Below are positions 37,298 through 47,918 of a DNA stretch of 64,000 bases, piece by piece (within the stretch, counting starts at the first letter, position 1; each line of letters starts with the position of its first letter). The DNA is taken from positions 504,662 through 568,661 of the forward strand of contig CAZGEO010000001.1 of NCBI GenBank assembly GCA_964525295.1, in the 5' to 3' direction. The stretch is from an uncultured Candidatus Saccharibacteria bacterium (GTDB lineage: Bacteria > Patescibacteriota > Dojkabacteria > GCA-002793355). The position numbers and the translations under genes are program-made. The notes under the pieces were generated by a model, which was given only the letters and a program-made list of their open reading frames with translations, was not told where the DNA came from and did not search any database.

Positions 37298-38502
37298 TCC
37301 TGTAATATTGTAAAGAAATAATCAATTTCAGTTATCGTATTGTAAAAACTAAGTGATGCTCTAATCGAGTGTTGCACGCCGAGAGCTTGATGTAATGGCT
37401 GCGCGCAGTGGTGCCCTGCTCTTACGGCTATTCCAGCGTTATCTAGAAAATCGGCAACATCATGGGGATGCAGTGATAAAGAAAGGCTAAAAAGTGGAAT
37501 ATCCAAGTTTTTTTCATCAGAAAGCAATTTAACTGATGGATCAAACTTTTTGTATTCAGCTAATTTCTGCAAAAAATGTTGGGTAAGAATTTTTTCTTTT
37601 GTAAGAATATCTTCTCTCCCGATTGTATCAATGTAGCGCAATGCAGCACGTAATCCTGCAATTCCTGCGGTATTTGGGGTCCCTGCTTCAAATTTTTCCT
37701 CATTCGTTTTGAATGTGTAGTCGGTAGTACTGACCTGTGAAATCATTCCTCCCCCAATATTTTGAGGTTCCATTTGTTGCAGTGTTTCTTTTGAAGCGAC
37801 TAGCATACCAACGCCTTCTGGCGCAAAAAGCTTGTGACCTGAAGCAACCAGAAAATCAATCTTATGTTGTCGAAGAGAAATCATTTTGTGTGGAAGTAGT
37901 TGCGTAGCATCAATAAGGACCTTACATGCATATTTCTGCGCAAGTTGACTGATTATTTCGAGGTCAGTACATAAGCCTGTAACATTTGAGCAGGCGGTAA
38001 TTGCAATATAGGCGCCGGGATGTTCAGAAACTAATAGAGCTAAGCTTTCGTAGTTGATTTCCCCGGTGTTTTTTACAGGTGCGATTTCTAGAGAAATTTG
38101 CTTGTTTTTGTGTAAACGTAACCAAGGTAAGAAATTAGCATGATGTTCTACCTGAGTCGTGATTACTGTTATTTTCTCACCTTTTCTCACTAAGTCTGCA
38201 AAGTAGTAGGCAATCATATTGAGCGATTCAGTCGCGTTTTTGGTAAAAACAGTTGAGTAATTTTCTGGGGCGTCGATAAATTGTAAAAATGAGGTTCGTG
38301 TATTTTCAATGATTTGCGATGCTGTAAGCGCTAAAGAATGTGTTCCTCTCCCTGGATTGCCGTTGTTTATTTGATAATGCTCGCTTAGCGCAGCTATCAC
38401 TGCCTTTGGTTTTGGTGTTGTTGCAGCATTATCGAAATATACCAACTCGTGGTCGTTAATTATCTTTGTAAGTAAAGGAAAATCGCCTGATAGGTTGTTC
38501 AT
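37276..38502 (-). CDS. Cysteine desulfurase (class V aminotransferase, SufS/NifS-like)
   Basis: PLP-lysine motif ASGHKLFAPEGVGML and a C-terminal active-site Cys region HHCAQPL. Confidence 0.8.
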   Translation of the reverse strand: MNNLSGDFPLLTKIINDHELVYFDNAATTPKPKAVIAALSEHYQINNGNPGRGTHSLALTASQIIENTRTSFLQFIDAPENYSTVFTKNATESLNMIAYYFADLVRKGEKITVITTQVEHHANFLPWLRLHKNKQISLEIAPVKNTGEINYESLALLVSEHPGAYIAITACSNVTGLCTDLEIISQLAQKYACKVLIDATQLLPHKMISLRQHKIDFLVASGHKLFAPEGVGMLVASKETLQQMEPQNIGGGMISQVSTTDYTFKTNEEKFEAGTPNTAGIAGLRAALRYIDTIGREDILTKEKILTQHFLQKLAEYKKFDPSVKLLSDEKNLDIPLFSLSLSLHPHDVADFLDNAGIAVRAGHHCAQPLHQALGVQHSIRASLSFYNTITEIDYFFTILQECKKKFA

Positions 38503-38553
38503 ATTTGCCCTGAAATACGATATAATTCAGTAATTCAATTATAGCACGAAAAT

Positions 38554-39231
38554 GTGAAACGAATACTTTGGCAATTACGCCTAAAAATAAGAGCTTTGGT
38601 TAGAAATGTGATAAGGCGTGTTCGAAGTGTCTTTTTTCCAATAAGTGTTAGTTCATTGAAGCAGGCAGAATATCAAAAGCTTCCAGCGCCAATAGCATGG
38701 GAGAAAATTGCACAAAACCGCGATTTGCACGTTGAAATTGGTTCAGGTCACGGCGAGGTGTTATTAGCGAATAATAAAGAGAAGTCAATCATTGTTGGGT
38801 ATGAAATTAAATCACGTTTCTTTAGACTTTCACAACGAAAAACTCGCAAGCGCCAAGACATTTTCATTTACAAAGGAAATGGCTATGAATCAACACTTTC
38901 CCATTATAAAAATGCAAGTATTTCAACAATCTTTATACTTTTCCCTGATCCCTGGCACAAAGCGAAGCATAACAAAAGAAGACCGTTGATAGCAGAATAC
39001 TTTTTAGCAGTAGCACAAAAGTTGAAAAATGATGGAAGAATTGTAATTGCGACTGACTGGCCAGATTATGCTGAATTCATTAAAAATGAGGTCGCAAAAA
39101 TCACAGAAGTTTATGAGGTAGCTGTTCGACCGTATAATCCGGAAGAATTCGACTTACCAATAACGCATTATCACCAGAAATGGGTACGAAAAGGTAGATC
39201 ATTTACTGCTTTCGTATTACAAAAAAGATAG
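38554..39231 (+). CDS. trmB: tRNA (guanine46-N7)-methyltransferase
   Basis: FPDPWHKAKHNKRR signature. Confidence 0.8.
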   Translation: MKRILWQLRLKIRALVRNVIRRVRSVFFPISVSSLKQAEYQKLPAPIAWEKIAQNRDLHVEIGSGHGEVLLANNKEKSIIVGYEIKSRFFRLSQRKTRKRQDIFIYKGNGYESTLSHYKNASISTIFILFPDPWHKAKHNKRRPLIAEYFLAVAQKLKNDGRIVIATDWPDYAEFIKNEVAKITEVYEVAVRPYNPEEFDLPITHYHQKWVRKGRSFTAFVLQKR

Positions 39232-39261
39232 TGATCACAATTGTCATGTCACAATTGATTT

Positions 39262-40101
39262 GTGAGAAGACAAGAAGTGCCTACTCCTGAACGGAAATTG
39301 TGTACAGAAAATTGGTGGGTTCGTAGTGTAGATAAATTGTGGCGTTTTCTGGGCTTCTATCGCTGTGCTGGATGCGATAAGTTTTCGTACACTCTTTGTA
39401 ACACATGTTGTGACAGATTGACCTTTGCTGTGCCTACTTGTTGTCGTTGCGGAAAATTTTCAAGGAATGGTACGATTCACCAAATCTGTGTACCTAATTC
39501 GCAATTCTATCAAAAAACAATATCATTTTTCTCATACACAAAAGTTGTAAAAAGTCTTTTTGCTGCCTATAAGTTTCGGCGACAATTTCAATATCAGCAG
39601 GTATTAGCCGAGTTAATCAAACAATACTTTTTGCTTGACCCTTTTCATTTATTGTCGTGTAACTTTAATTCTGGCGACAAAATTGCACTTATACCTGTGC
39701 CAATGCACAAAAGAAAGCAGAGTGACCGTGGATTTTCACCAGCATATGAACTCACTCTCCTACTCTACCGTGAATTCTTTCAGAATTTTAGCAACGAAAT
39801 TGAAATTTTTGGGCATACTATAACCAAAGTAACTGACAGTTCTGCTCAGTCTTCGCAGAAGCACCGTAATAGGATGCTTTCACTTCAGCGGTCTATACAA
39901 ATTTTGCCAGAAAATGTGTCGGAAGCTTCGCGACTTCTAAAATTCGCACCAACAAAACTTGTTATTGTCGATGACATTTTAACTACTGGCGCGACCGCAA
40001 CGGTTGTTATTGAATCTTTAGCAAAAAATTTACCAGAACTATGCAAAAACACAGAACGAATAGTAATAACGTTTGCTAGAAGCGATAAAAAGCTTTACTA
40101 G
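39262..40101 (+). CDS. ComF-family protein (N-terminal zinc-finger + phosphoribosyltransferase domain)
   Basis: CAGCDKFSY..CNTCC..CCRCGKF and PRPP-binding VIVDDILTTGATAT. Confidence 0.75.
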   Translation: MRRQEVPTPERKLCTENWWVRSVDKLWRFLGFYRCAGCDKFSYTLCNTCCDRLTFAVPTCCRCGKFSRNGTIHQICVPNSQFYQKTISFFSYTKVVKSLFAAYKFRRQFQYQQVLAELIKQYFLLDPFHLLSCNFNSGDKIALIPVPMHKRKQSDRGFSPAYELTLLLYREFFQNFSNEIEIFGHTITKVTDSSAQSSQKHRNRMLSLQRSIQILPENVSEASRLLKFAPTKLVIVDDILTTGATATVVIESLAKNLPELCKNTERIVITFARSDKKLY

Positions 40102-43100
40102 ACAACAATTTTCAGTTGTAGCGGTGTTTTTTCTGCGCCTACTTCAACAGTCGTAAAACCTGCGCCTTCAGGAGAAGTTGCTAGGATACTAACTTCACTT
40201 AAGAATGTCGTTGTTGCCAACTTTTCCTGATACTTGTTAATCATTTCATTGAGTTTTTTCTCTTCGCTGTAAACTTCAAGTTTTGCTCTTTGTCCAATTG
40301 CAAGGTTAGCATTCTTTCTAGCTGCCTGAACAGCACGAGAAATCTCGCGCAGTAGCCCCATCTCTGCAAGTTCTGGCGTAATCTCAGTTTCGAGCCCAAT
40401 AGTAACATCCTTTTCTGATTTGGTAACAATAGTAGTTGATTCTGGCATTACTTCAACCATTTCTACTGATTGCACATTGAGTTCTTCAGCGATTAAATCG
40501 AGATATTCCTGCTCAAGTTTCTTGTCAGCCTGATACATTACTTTTTGGAGAGGTTGCTTCAATGCTAATGCTTTTTCAACACGAATGTTCTGCCCGAGTG
40601 AGGCAACTTCACGAGTAAATTCCATTGTGGTTAACGCCTTTTCTTCTGCGGTTGTCAAAGCATTCACTTCTGGATACAACTCAAGATGCACAGATTCAAG
40701 CGTTAAGACAGTTGGTGCACCTTTTCTCAATTCTTGATAAATGTAATCGGCTATAAATGGCACTATGGGAGCAAAGATTTTTGCCACTGAAACAAGAACC
40801 GAAAAGAGCGTTTGTAACGCAGCTTTATCACCTGCAACGAATCTTTCTCGTGAACGACGAATGTACCACGTAGAAATGTCATCTATAAGAGGTTTTATCT
40901 CAGAAACAGCCTTTGGTACATGATAGGAACTTAGATGTTTATCAATATCAATGGCGGTCTTTTTAATTCGTGCAAGTACCCATTCATCGAGAACAGTTGG
41001 GGTAACTTTCGTTTCTGTAGCGTCAAAATTGTGTTGATTAGCGTATAGAGCGAAATATTTGTACACATTCATAAGTGGGAGTAAAACGTCTTTTATCGGC
41101 TGCGCAATTGCTTCTTCTGAAACGTTCAGATCTTCGCCAACCGGAAGAACGCTACCTGCGACATAAACTCTAAATGCATCTCCCCCATATTTTTCAATTA
41201 CTCCCTTTGGATCAGGATAATTCTTGAGACTCTTGCTCATCTTTCTGCCGTCAGTACCTTTGATAGTTCCTGTTACGATGACATTCTTAAACGCATTCGA
41301 TTTGAAAAGAATTGTTGAAACAACGTGCATGACATTGAACCACGCTCTTGTTTGTCCAACATATTCGATAACGAAATCTCCTGGGAAATTGTTTTCAAAT
41401 TTCTCTTTATTTTCGAAAGGATAGTGATATTGAGCAAAAGGCATTGATGCCGATTCAAACCAACAGTCTAAAACTTCTGGGACTCGTGTCATCGTACCTT
41501 TCTGGCATTCTTCACATTTCCACGTATGCGTATCAATGTATGGACGATGCAGGTTGTCTATTTTCTTTCCTGATTTTGCTTCAATTTCTGCAATTGAGCC
41601 CATGACTTCACGATGGTGACAGGTTGGTTCGGAACATTCCCAAATAGGCATAGGTGTCGCCCAGTAGCGGGTTCGTGAAAGTCCCCAATCAGGGAAGGTT
41701 TTGATCGCTTCGCTGAATCTACCGTATTTTAGATGTTCTGGAACCCAGTTGATGTTTTCGTTGTTTGCAAAAAGTTGCTCCTTTATCTGTTGAATATCGA
41801 CATACCAAGCGCCTTGAGCCTTGTAAACAAGTGGCGTTTTACAGCGATAACAGATTGGATAACTGTGAGTGATTCTCTCCTCTTTGTATAAAATACCTCG
41901 TTCCTTTAGATTCTCGGTTATTGCTGGATCAGCCTTTTTGAAATAAATGCCCGCATAATCGGCTACTTCTGAAATAAACTTTCCTTCATCATCAATGGTT
42001 TCGTGCATCGAAAGGCCAATTTCTTTTCCTAGTGCGGTATCATCTTCACCGAATCCTGGTGCCATGTGAATGATTCCCGTACCATCTTCAATACTGACGA
42101 AATCTGCGTGATAGATTTTGAAATCCTTGTCACCTGCTGGGAAGTAGTTGAACAGCGGTTTGTAGGTATTGCCAACTAATTCTTTACCTTTATAGGTATC
42201 AACTACCGTAAAGGGAGTTTCCTTTAACACTTTTTCTACTAAATTTGCAGCGAGAATGACATATTCCTCACCAATTTTGGCGGTAACGTAGTCTTGTTCT
42301 TTATCTACAACAAGTGCTGTATTGGCCGGCAGCGTCCATGGAGTCGTTGTCCAGGCCATTACAGAAACCTTAGGTTTGCTAATGTTAGGCTCTACTGTTT
42401 GCTCATTGATAATTGAAGATTGATAATTAACAATTGAGGGTTTGTTCTCTAGGATGTCTTTCAAGCAGTTCCTTGTTGGAATATGCATGTCGTTCCATGG
42501 AATATCGTTTTTGTCGAACCATTCAATGTTTTTATCAAGTCCCGCTTCGTCGGTAACTTTAATGTCACCTGTAACTTTCGCCTTAAAATGGTGAGTCTTG
42601 AACAATCTACCTTCGAAAATATCGATTGCGTAACCATAATATTCAAGAGCAGCAATATCGCAACCTATCTCCTCTTTAATCTCTCGGGCAACCGTGTTTT
42701 TTAAGTCGCCATTATCTTGCTCTTCATATTTTCCCCCGACGATTCCGTATACTCTATCTCGACCAGGTTCGTTTCTGCGAATCATCATTACTTGGCCCTT
42801 TTCATTTTCAATAACAACACCTGCGCCAACTCCGGTTTTGTAGTAATTCAATTCGAATTTAACAAAGACGGCTGGATCTTCCAGATCTGCATACGAGTTA
42901 TCCATTGCAATCTCGAAGTTAGAAAGTGGAGTTCCACATCGAGTGCAGTACAAAGAAACTCGTTTTCCTTGATAGACAAGCCCTTTTTCGAAGAATTGTT
43001 TGAAAACCCACATAACGGTTTCCATGTAATTCAAATCCATTGTTCGGTAGGGCTTTTTCATGTCAACCCAACGTGCAATTCTGTCGATATACCATTCCCA

Positions 43101-43505
43101 TTCACCAGAAACGTCGGTTACGTAGGAATAGCAAGAATCGATAAATTGTTGGATACCAATCTTAGTTTCGATCTCACGACGATTTTTAGTTTCGAATTTG
43201 CGTTCAACAATTTCTTCAATTGGCAAACCGTGACAGTCCCATCCCCAAACGCGTTTTACTCTCTTTCCTTTCATTGTTTGATAGCGAGGAACGATGTCTT
43301 TTATGATACTTCCGAGTAAGTGTCCGTAGTGAGGAAGTCCTGTAACGAATGGAGGCCCATCATAGAAAATGAAATGATCTTTTTCAGAACGGCTGGTAAT
43401 AGATTTCTCAAAAATGGAGTTTGATTTCCAATAATCAAGTATCGGTTGTTCCACCTCGTTGTAAAACGAGCGTACATTGGGAACTGAAAAAGAAGATTTA
43501 GTCAT
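40098..43505 (-). CDS. ileS: Isoleucyl-tRNA synthetase (type 2, eukaryote-like C-terminus) carrying a ~150-aa NUDIX-hydrolase insertion (about 42381-42833) between the catalytic-core Zn-knuckle region and the CP1 editing domain
   Basis: HIGH = PHYGHLLGS, KMSKS = KMSKSLKNYP, CP1 WTTTPWTLPAN. The insert holds a Nudix box GIVGGKYEEQDNGDLKNTVAREIKEEIGC. The gene is leaderless (TATAAT 5 nt before the ATG). Confidence 0.9.
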   Translation of the reverse strand: MTKSSFSVPNVRSFYNEVEQPILDYWKSNSIFEKSITSRSEKDHFIFYDGPPFVTGLPHYGHLLGSIIKDIVPRYQTMKGKRVKRVWGWDCHGLPIEEIVERKFETKNRREIETKIGIQQFIDSCYSYVTDVSGEWEWYIDRIARWVDMKKPYRTMDLNYMETVMWVFKQFFEKGLVYQGKRVSLYCTRCGTPLSNFEIAMDNSYADLEDPAVFVKFELNYYKTGVGAGVVIENEKGQVMMIRRNEPGRDRVYGIVGGKYEEQDNGDLKNTVAREIKEEIGCDIAALEYYGYAIDIFEGRLFKTHHFKAKVTGDIKVTDEAGLDKNIEWFDKNDIPWNDMHIPTRNCLKDILENKPSIVNYQSSIINEQTVEPNISKPKVSVMAWTTTPWTLPANTALVVDKEQDYVTAKIGEEYVILAANLVEKVLKETPFTVVDTYKGKELVGNTYKPLFNYFPAGDKDFKIYHADFVSIEDGTGIIHMAPGFGEDDTALGKEIGLSMHETIDDEGKFISEVADYAGIYFKKADPAITENLKERGILYKEERITHSYPICYRCKTPLVYKAQGAWYVDIQQIKEQLFANNENINWVPEHLKYGRFSEAIKTFPDWGLSRTRYWATPMPIWECSEPTCHHREVMGSIAEIEAKSGKKIDNLHRPYIDTHTWKCEECQKGTMTRVPEVLDCWFESASMPFAQYHYPFENKEKFENNFPGDFVIEYVGQTRAWFNVMHVVSTILFKSNAFKNVIVTGTIKGTDGRKMSKSLKNYPDPKGVIEKYGGDAFRVYVAGSVLPVGEDLNVSEEAIAQPIKDVLLPLMNVYKYFALYANQHNFDATETKVTPTVLDEWVLARIKKTAIDIDKHLSSYHVPKAVSEIKPLIDDISTWYIRRSRERFVAGDKAALQTLFSVLVSVAKIFAPIVPFIADYIYQELRKGAPTVLTLESVHLELYPEVNALTTAEEKALTTMEFTREVASLGQNIRVEKALALKQPLQKVMYQADKKLEQEYLDLIAEELNVQSVEMVEVMPESTTIVTKSEKDVTIGLETEITPELAEMGLLREISRAVQAARKNANLAIGQRAKLEVYSEEKKLNEMINKYQEKLATTTFLSEVSILATSPEGAGFTTVEVGAEKTPLQLKIVV

Positions 43506-43555
43506 TGGGTATTATAGCGATTAATGCGGTAAAGTGGTAGAGCTATTGAGATAAA

Positions 43556-44356
43556 TTAACGTGCGACTTGTCTCAATGTTTGCAGGAAGTTTAGTCCCTG
43601 AAAATAGATGAAAAGGTCTTTTTCGTAAAGTAATTTTTCAAAAGTCTTTTCTTCGCTATAAAGTGGCGCGGTGAAATAAAATATTACCGCTGAGAGCAAT
43701 TGAGCCTGTTTACGAGTGTAAAGGTCGGCAGAATTAAGAGGGTTAGGGTTTTCTGCAATATAAGGAAATGGAAAGTTTTTGATTAAAAAGTTTGCCGGCA
43801 TCTGTGGAAATTCCGAGACAATTACGGAGTGCAATTGGTTTAATACATGCGTCGAAAAAGTAGGATCAATTGTCTTCACAATATTCAACAATCGTTTTGC
43901 ATTTCGAAACTTCTCTGATTTGGGCATGCAAGAAAGAATTCCACGGGCAACTTTGAGTGCGTAAAATTCTGGAGGATATTCACTGGTCTGACAATTCGCA
44001 TCGCGAATATGCATTCCTATATATTCGAAAAACTGGTCGATATACTCTTCTGAATGTTTTCTGATCCAAGTATCTCTGTAGAAGTAAAGTGTTGGTAATT
44101 CATATAATTTTTTTGCGTTGAGTAAGTGCGCAGTAACCCGGGGGAGAAAGTATTCTTTATTACTGAGACCAACAACCGATGAAGGAGTATTAATCCACAT
44201 ACTAACGTTGTTGGGATTATCTACCTCTTTAACCTCGTTAAATATTCCTCGAAGAAACGGCCCTCCGTCAGTACTTACGTTAGCCAATTCAGTAACAACA
44301 AGAGCTTCAACACGTGAAATTGGGGAGGTCTTTGGCAGTTCAATCGTTTGAGCCAC
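43556..44356 (-). CDS. Hypothetical protein (266 aa)
   Basis: Long ORF divergent from the ligase gene. Confidence 0.45.
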   Translation of the reverse strand: MAQTIELPKTSPISRVEALVVTELANVSTDGGPFLRGIFNEVKEVDNPNNVSMWINTPSSVVGLSNKEYFLPRVTAHLLNAKKLYELPTLYFYRDTWIRKHSEEYIDQFFEYIGMHIRDANCQTSEYPPEFYALKVARGILSCMPKSEKFRNAKRLLNIVKTIDPTFSTHVLNQLHSVIVSEFPQMPANFLIKNFPFPYIAENPNPLNSADLYTRKQAQLLSAVIFYFTAPLYSEEKTFEKLLYEKDLFIYFQGLNFLQTLRQVAR

Positions 44357-44435
44357 TGCAGTAGTATAAAAGATTTGCTTATGAATCGCAAAATTATGAA
44401 ATTCGCTAATACTTACATTACTTGTATAATTGGTT

Positions 44436-46280
44436 ATGACAACAACTCAGCTTTCTACTCTTTTTTCTGCAATAGAAACGACTCCAAAAAGACTCGAAAT
44501 GCAGGCATTACTCACAGATTTTTACGCAAATGCTTCTTCTGAAGAGGCTGCAATAGTGTCGTATTTACTTATTGGCCGATTGGTGCCTGATTTTATTGCG
44601 GTTGAGTTCCAATTATCAGACAAAACATTGCGTGCAGTAGTTGAAGAACAACAAGATCAGGATATCTCAGAAAAATTGGCTAAATTGGGGGACATTGGTT
44701 CAGTTTGGGAAGCCTCGTCTACGACATCGGGTGAAATAACGGTAGAAGATTTGTATCAGAAACTCTGGGAAATTGCCCAAACAACCGGAACTGGCTCTCA
44801 GAAGAAAAAACAGGAATTGATTAAGAAATTGTTGCAACAAGTATCACCTCTTTCAGGAAAGTACGTATTGCGAATTATGAATAGTAAATTGCGATTAGGG
44901 GCGAGTGAACGAACTATTTTAGAAGCTCTGGGAAAATTACCAGGTGGAGAAATCGAGAAATTAAAGGAATTGTATGCTAATACGAGCGATATCGGTCACA
45001 CAGCATTTCTTTTCAAAAAATACGGAACTGAATGTTATAAACAAGCTTCGTTTCAGCCTGGTGTTCCTGTGTCAGCAAAGTTGGTTGAACGTGAAGATTC
45101 AATTGAATCGATATTTAAGCGAATTCCTGCTCCACTAGAAGAACCGAAATATGATGGCTTACGCATACAAATACACGTATTTCGAACCGATGCAGCAAAA
45201 GTTGCGTATGCAGAACGAGTGTGGGCAAATAATTATCAATTATCAATTACCAATGCTCAATTAAAAGACGAAAAGGCAGCGACATTGTCACTCTTTGCCG
45301 AGCCGGTCGAACTGAAAGAAGACGAATTTACTGTGCAATTGTTCTCTCGCAATCTTGAGAATATGACTGAAATGTTTCCTGAAGTGGTTGAAGCAGCAAA
45401 GAAGTTACCTGAGCAATATTCGAGAAAGTTCGGTGAAAAGGTAGATTCCATTGTCCTAGATGGTGAAGTTATTGGTTACAACGATGTAGTTCAAGAATAT
45501 CTTCCTTTTCAGCAGACAATGACTCGAAAGCGCAAACATGACGTTGGCAATGCCTCAGATGCCGTACCAGTCAAAGTTTTTTCCTTCGATATTTTGTTGC
45601 TAGGTGATCGCAATCTTATGGCTCTTCCATTGCGTGAGCGTAAGGCACTACTAACATTTCTTGATGAGAATGCTGATGTGCAGCAAACAATTGTTAAGAC
45701 ACCAATCCATGAGCCAAAGACTCTTGAAGAAGGTGAGAAAATCTTCGAAACATACATTGCGCAAGGATTAGAAGGCGTAATATTTAAAGATAGTGATTCT
45801 GTTTATACTCCAGGAACTAGGAATTTTGATTGGTTAAAATTCAAACGAGCAATGCGTAGCGATCTTGCGGATAGCGTTGATATTGTACTTTTAGGGTATT
45901 ATCGAGGCGAGGGAAAACTGGCAACTTTTGGTATTGGAGCTCTTCTTGCAGGTGTATACGACCGAAAAAGTGACAAATTCTTAACGGTGACAAAAATAGG
46001 AACAGGAATTACCCATGAACAGTGGCAATCGATCAAAATCGCTTGTGATGCCGTTAAAAGTGACCGCCATTTGGACAATGTTATCGTTCCAAAATCATTA
46101 GAGCCTGATGTTTGGCTTTTACCTTCATTGGTAGTTGAGGTCGAGGCAGATGAAATTACGAAAAGTCCGTTGCATACGTCAGGATATGCTTTGCGATTTC
46201 CAAGATTTAAGAAATTCCGTGAGAAAAAGGCTGAAGATGCAACAACAATTGAAGAACTCAAAGAAATAGCCAAGATCTAA
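44436..46280 (+). CDS. ATP-dependent DNA ligase (Lig1/LigB-type: DNA-binding, adenylation and OB domains)
   Basis: Motif I EPKYDGLRIQ (KxDGxR), later motifs IVLDGEV, EGVIFK, DIVLLGYYRG. The leaderless start is 44436 (TGTATAAT then 5 nt then ATG); the track start is 44430. Confidence 0.85.
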   Translation: MTTTQLSTLFSAIETTPKRLEMQALLTDFYANASSEEAAIVSYLLIGRLVPDFIAVEFQLSDKTLRAVVEEQQDQDISEKLAKLGDIGSVWEASSTTSGEITVEDLYQKLWEIAQTTGTGSQKKKQELIKKLLQQVSPLSGKYVLRIMNSKLRLGASERTILEALGKLPGGEIEKLKELYANTSDIGHTAFLFKKYGTECYKQASFQPGVPVSAKLVEREDSIESIFKRIPAPLEEPKYDGLRIQIHVFRTDAAKVAYAERVWANNYQLSITNAQLKDEKAATLSLFAEPVELKEDEFTVQLFSRNLENMTEMFPEVVEAAKKLPEQYSRKFGEKVDSIVLDGEVIGYNDVVQEYLPFQQTMTRKRKHDVGNASDAVPVKVFSFDILLLGDRNLMALPLRERKALLTFLDENADVQQTIVKTPIHEPKTLEEGEKIFETYIAQGLEGVIFKDSDSVYTPGTRNFDWLKFKRAMRSDLADSVDIVLLGYYRGEGKLATFGIGALLAGVYDRKSDKFLTVTKIGTGITHEQWQSIKIACDAVKSDRHLDNVIVPKSLEPDVWLLPSLVVEVEADEITKSPLHTSGYALRFPRFKKFREKKAEDATTIEELKEIAKI

Positions 46281-46432
46281 TTATTAATTATTGATCTTCA
46301 ATTCTCAGTGATAAGTGCGTTCTGCTAGATATTTTTGTATTGATAATTGAAAATTAATAATTATGAATTAATTATGGTATCCTACAGTATCGGCGTATTG
46401 TTACTATAAGTAATTTCTATCGTAAATAAAGA

Positions 46433-47137
46433 ATGGCAAGTTCATCTGAAATTGTCCCGCTTACTCATCTTGTAGTAATTCCTGATGGCAATCGTCGATG
46501 GGCAAAATCGCGTAATCTTCCCGCTTGGGAGGGGCATCGTCGAGGTGCAGAAAATACACGACAGGTACTTGATGCATGCAAAGAGAAAAATGTGAAATAT
46601 CTTACTTTGTGGGGATTTTCAACAGAAAACTGGAAACGCGATAAGCAGGAAGTTGATTTTTTGATGAAACTATTCAAAGAGTTTCTGGTAAAAGAACGTG
46701 ATGAAATGATTAAGTCAAAAGTGCGTTTTAGACACTTAGGGCGTAAAGATCGCCTAGATAGTGATTTGCTTCAGATGATAACATCGCTAGAAAATGAAAC
46801 AAATGACTTTTCTGATTGGCATTTGCAAATAGCCCTTGATTATGGTGGAAGAGATGAAATCGTACGTGCAACGCAAAAGATTTTGGCTTCGGGTTTGCAG
46901 CCTGCCGAGGTAACACTCGATGTTTTCGCAAACTATCTCGATACCGCAGGTATACCTGATCCTGATTTAATAGTGAGAACTTCTGGTGAGCAACGACTTT
47001 CGGGAATGATGCCATTTCAAGGAACATATGCAGAATTGACTTTCGTGCCATTGCTATTTCCCGATTTCACGAAAGACAAAGTACTTGCGGTAATTGATGA
47101 ATATTATCAGCGTCAGCGCCGTTTCGGAGGGAGTTAG
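46433..47137 (+). CDS. uppS: Undecaprenyl-diphosphate synthase (cis-isoprenyl transferase)
   Basis: VIPDGNRRWA, the RxG substrate motif and ERLSGMMPFQ. Confidence 0.85.
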   Translation: MASSSEIVPLTHLVVIPDGNRRWAKSRNLPAWEGHRRGAENTRQVLDACKEKNVKYLTLWGFSTENWKRDKQEVDFLMKLFKEFLVKERDEMIKSKVRFRHLGRKDRLDSDLLQMITSLENETNDFSDWHLQIALDYGGRDEIVRATQKILASGLQPAEVTLDVFANYLDTAGIPDPDLIVRTSGEQRLSGMMPFQGTYAELTFVPLLFPDFTKDKVLAVIDEYYQRQRRFGGS

Positions 47138-47193
47138 TCGTCTAAAAGCTTATTCATAACGACATTTCTTGAAATTTGCGCTAATATAGTCGT

Positions 47194-47493
47194 ATGAATC
47201 CGTACGGAAGGAAATTTCTGTTATTAGTTTTGGTTATTGGGGTTTGGTATGCTTTGTACGTACTTTTTCAAACTGGAATTGTTCAAACAGTTGGAAATTG
47301 CCCTACTCCATCTGGTTCTGCCCCAACTGGAGTAATTCCTGCGCCATTTATTTGTAACGGAATCAATGCATTCGGATTTATCTTCACTCCTCCTAATTGG
47401 TTGTTTCTTTCAATTATGCTACTGAAACAATTGATGCCCTTGGCGGTTGCGCTTTTTACTGGAGTTATCTTTCTGAAAAAAACAAAACAATGA
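47194..47493 (+). CDS. Small membrane protein (99 aa)
   Basis: Two TM helices, ATGA-coupled to the next ORF. Confidence 0.4.
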   Translation: MNPYGRKFLLLVLVIGVWYALYVLFQTGIVQTVGNCPTPSGSAPTGVIPAPFICNGINAFGFIFTPPNWLFLSIMLLKQLMPLAVALFTGVIFLKKTKQ

Positions 47494-47918
47494 ATGTCAT
47501 AATCCCACTTTTACTTATCGCGTTTATTTTACTTGTTGCCGTTGTTTTTCCTAAATTCGCTGATACCGAAGGAAAAGCTTTGCGACAACGCGCAAAGCAG
47601 CTATCAGATGAATATTTTTACGCACATTCAGAGCAAAACCTAGAGAAAAGAAGGTTGTTGTTTGAACGTTTAACGTTAGCGACAGATAGGGTACTTTCGC
47701 ATACTCTTTCACATTTTGGCATTAAAGAGCAAAGTGTTAAGCAACAGTTACGTCAAGCAATGCAGCAAAAAACAATAACGTATGACCAATTTCAGTTGGT
47801 TAAACGATTTCATCATTTCAGAAATGAAGTAGTTCACGAAGGATTGCAGGTTTCTGGGGAGAATGAGAAGTTTATTTACGAGGCAATTACGGTTATTCGA
47901 TCAATTCTAGGTGATTAA
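47489..47918 (+). CDS. Hypothetical membrane-anchored protein (143 aa from MNVIIPLLL)
   Basis: N-terminal TM and an ATGA overlap with the upstream ORF. The track start 47397 is inside the upstream gene. Confidence 0.45.

Noticed and set aside
42483-43319. Plus-strand ORFs 42483..42704 and 42717..43319 (200 aa)
   Set aside because: They are antisense to the strongly supported ileS gene. AT-rich antisense frames stay open by chance.
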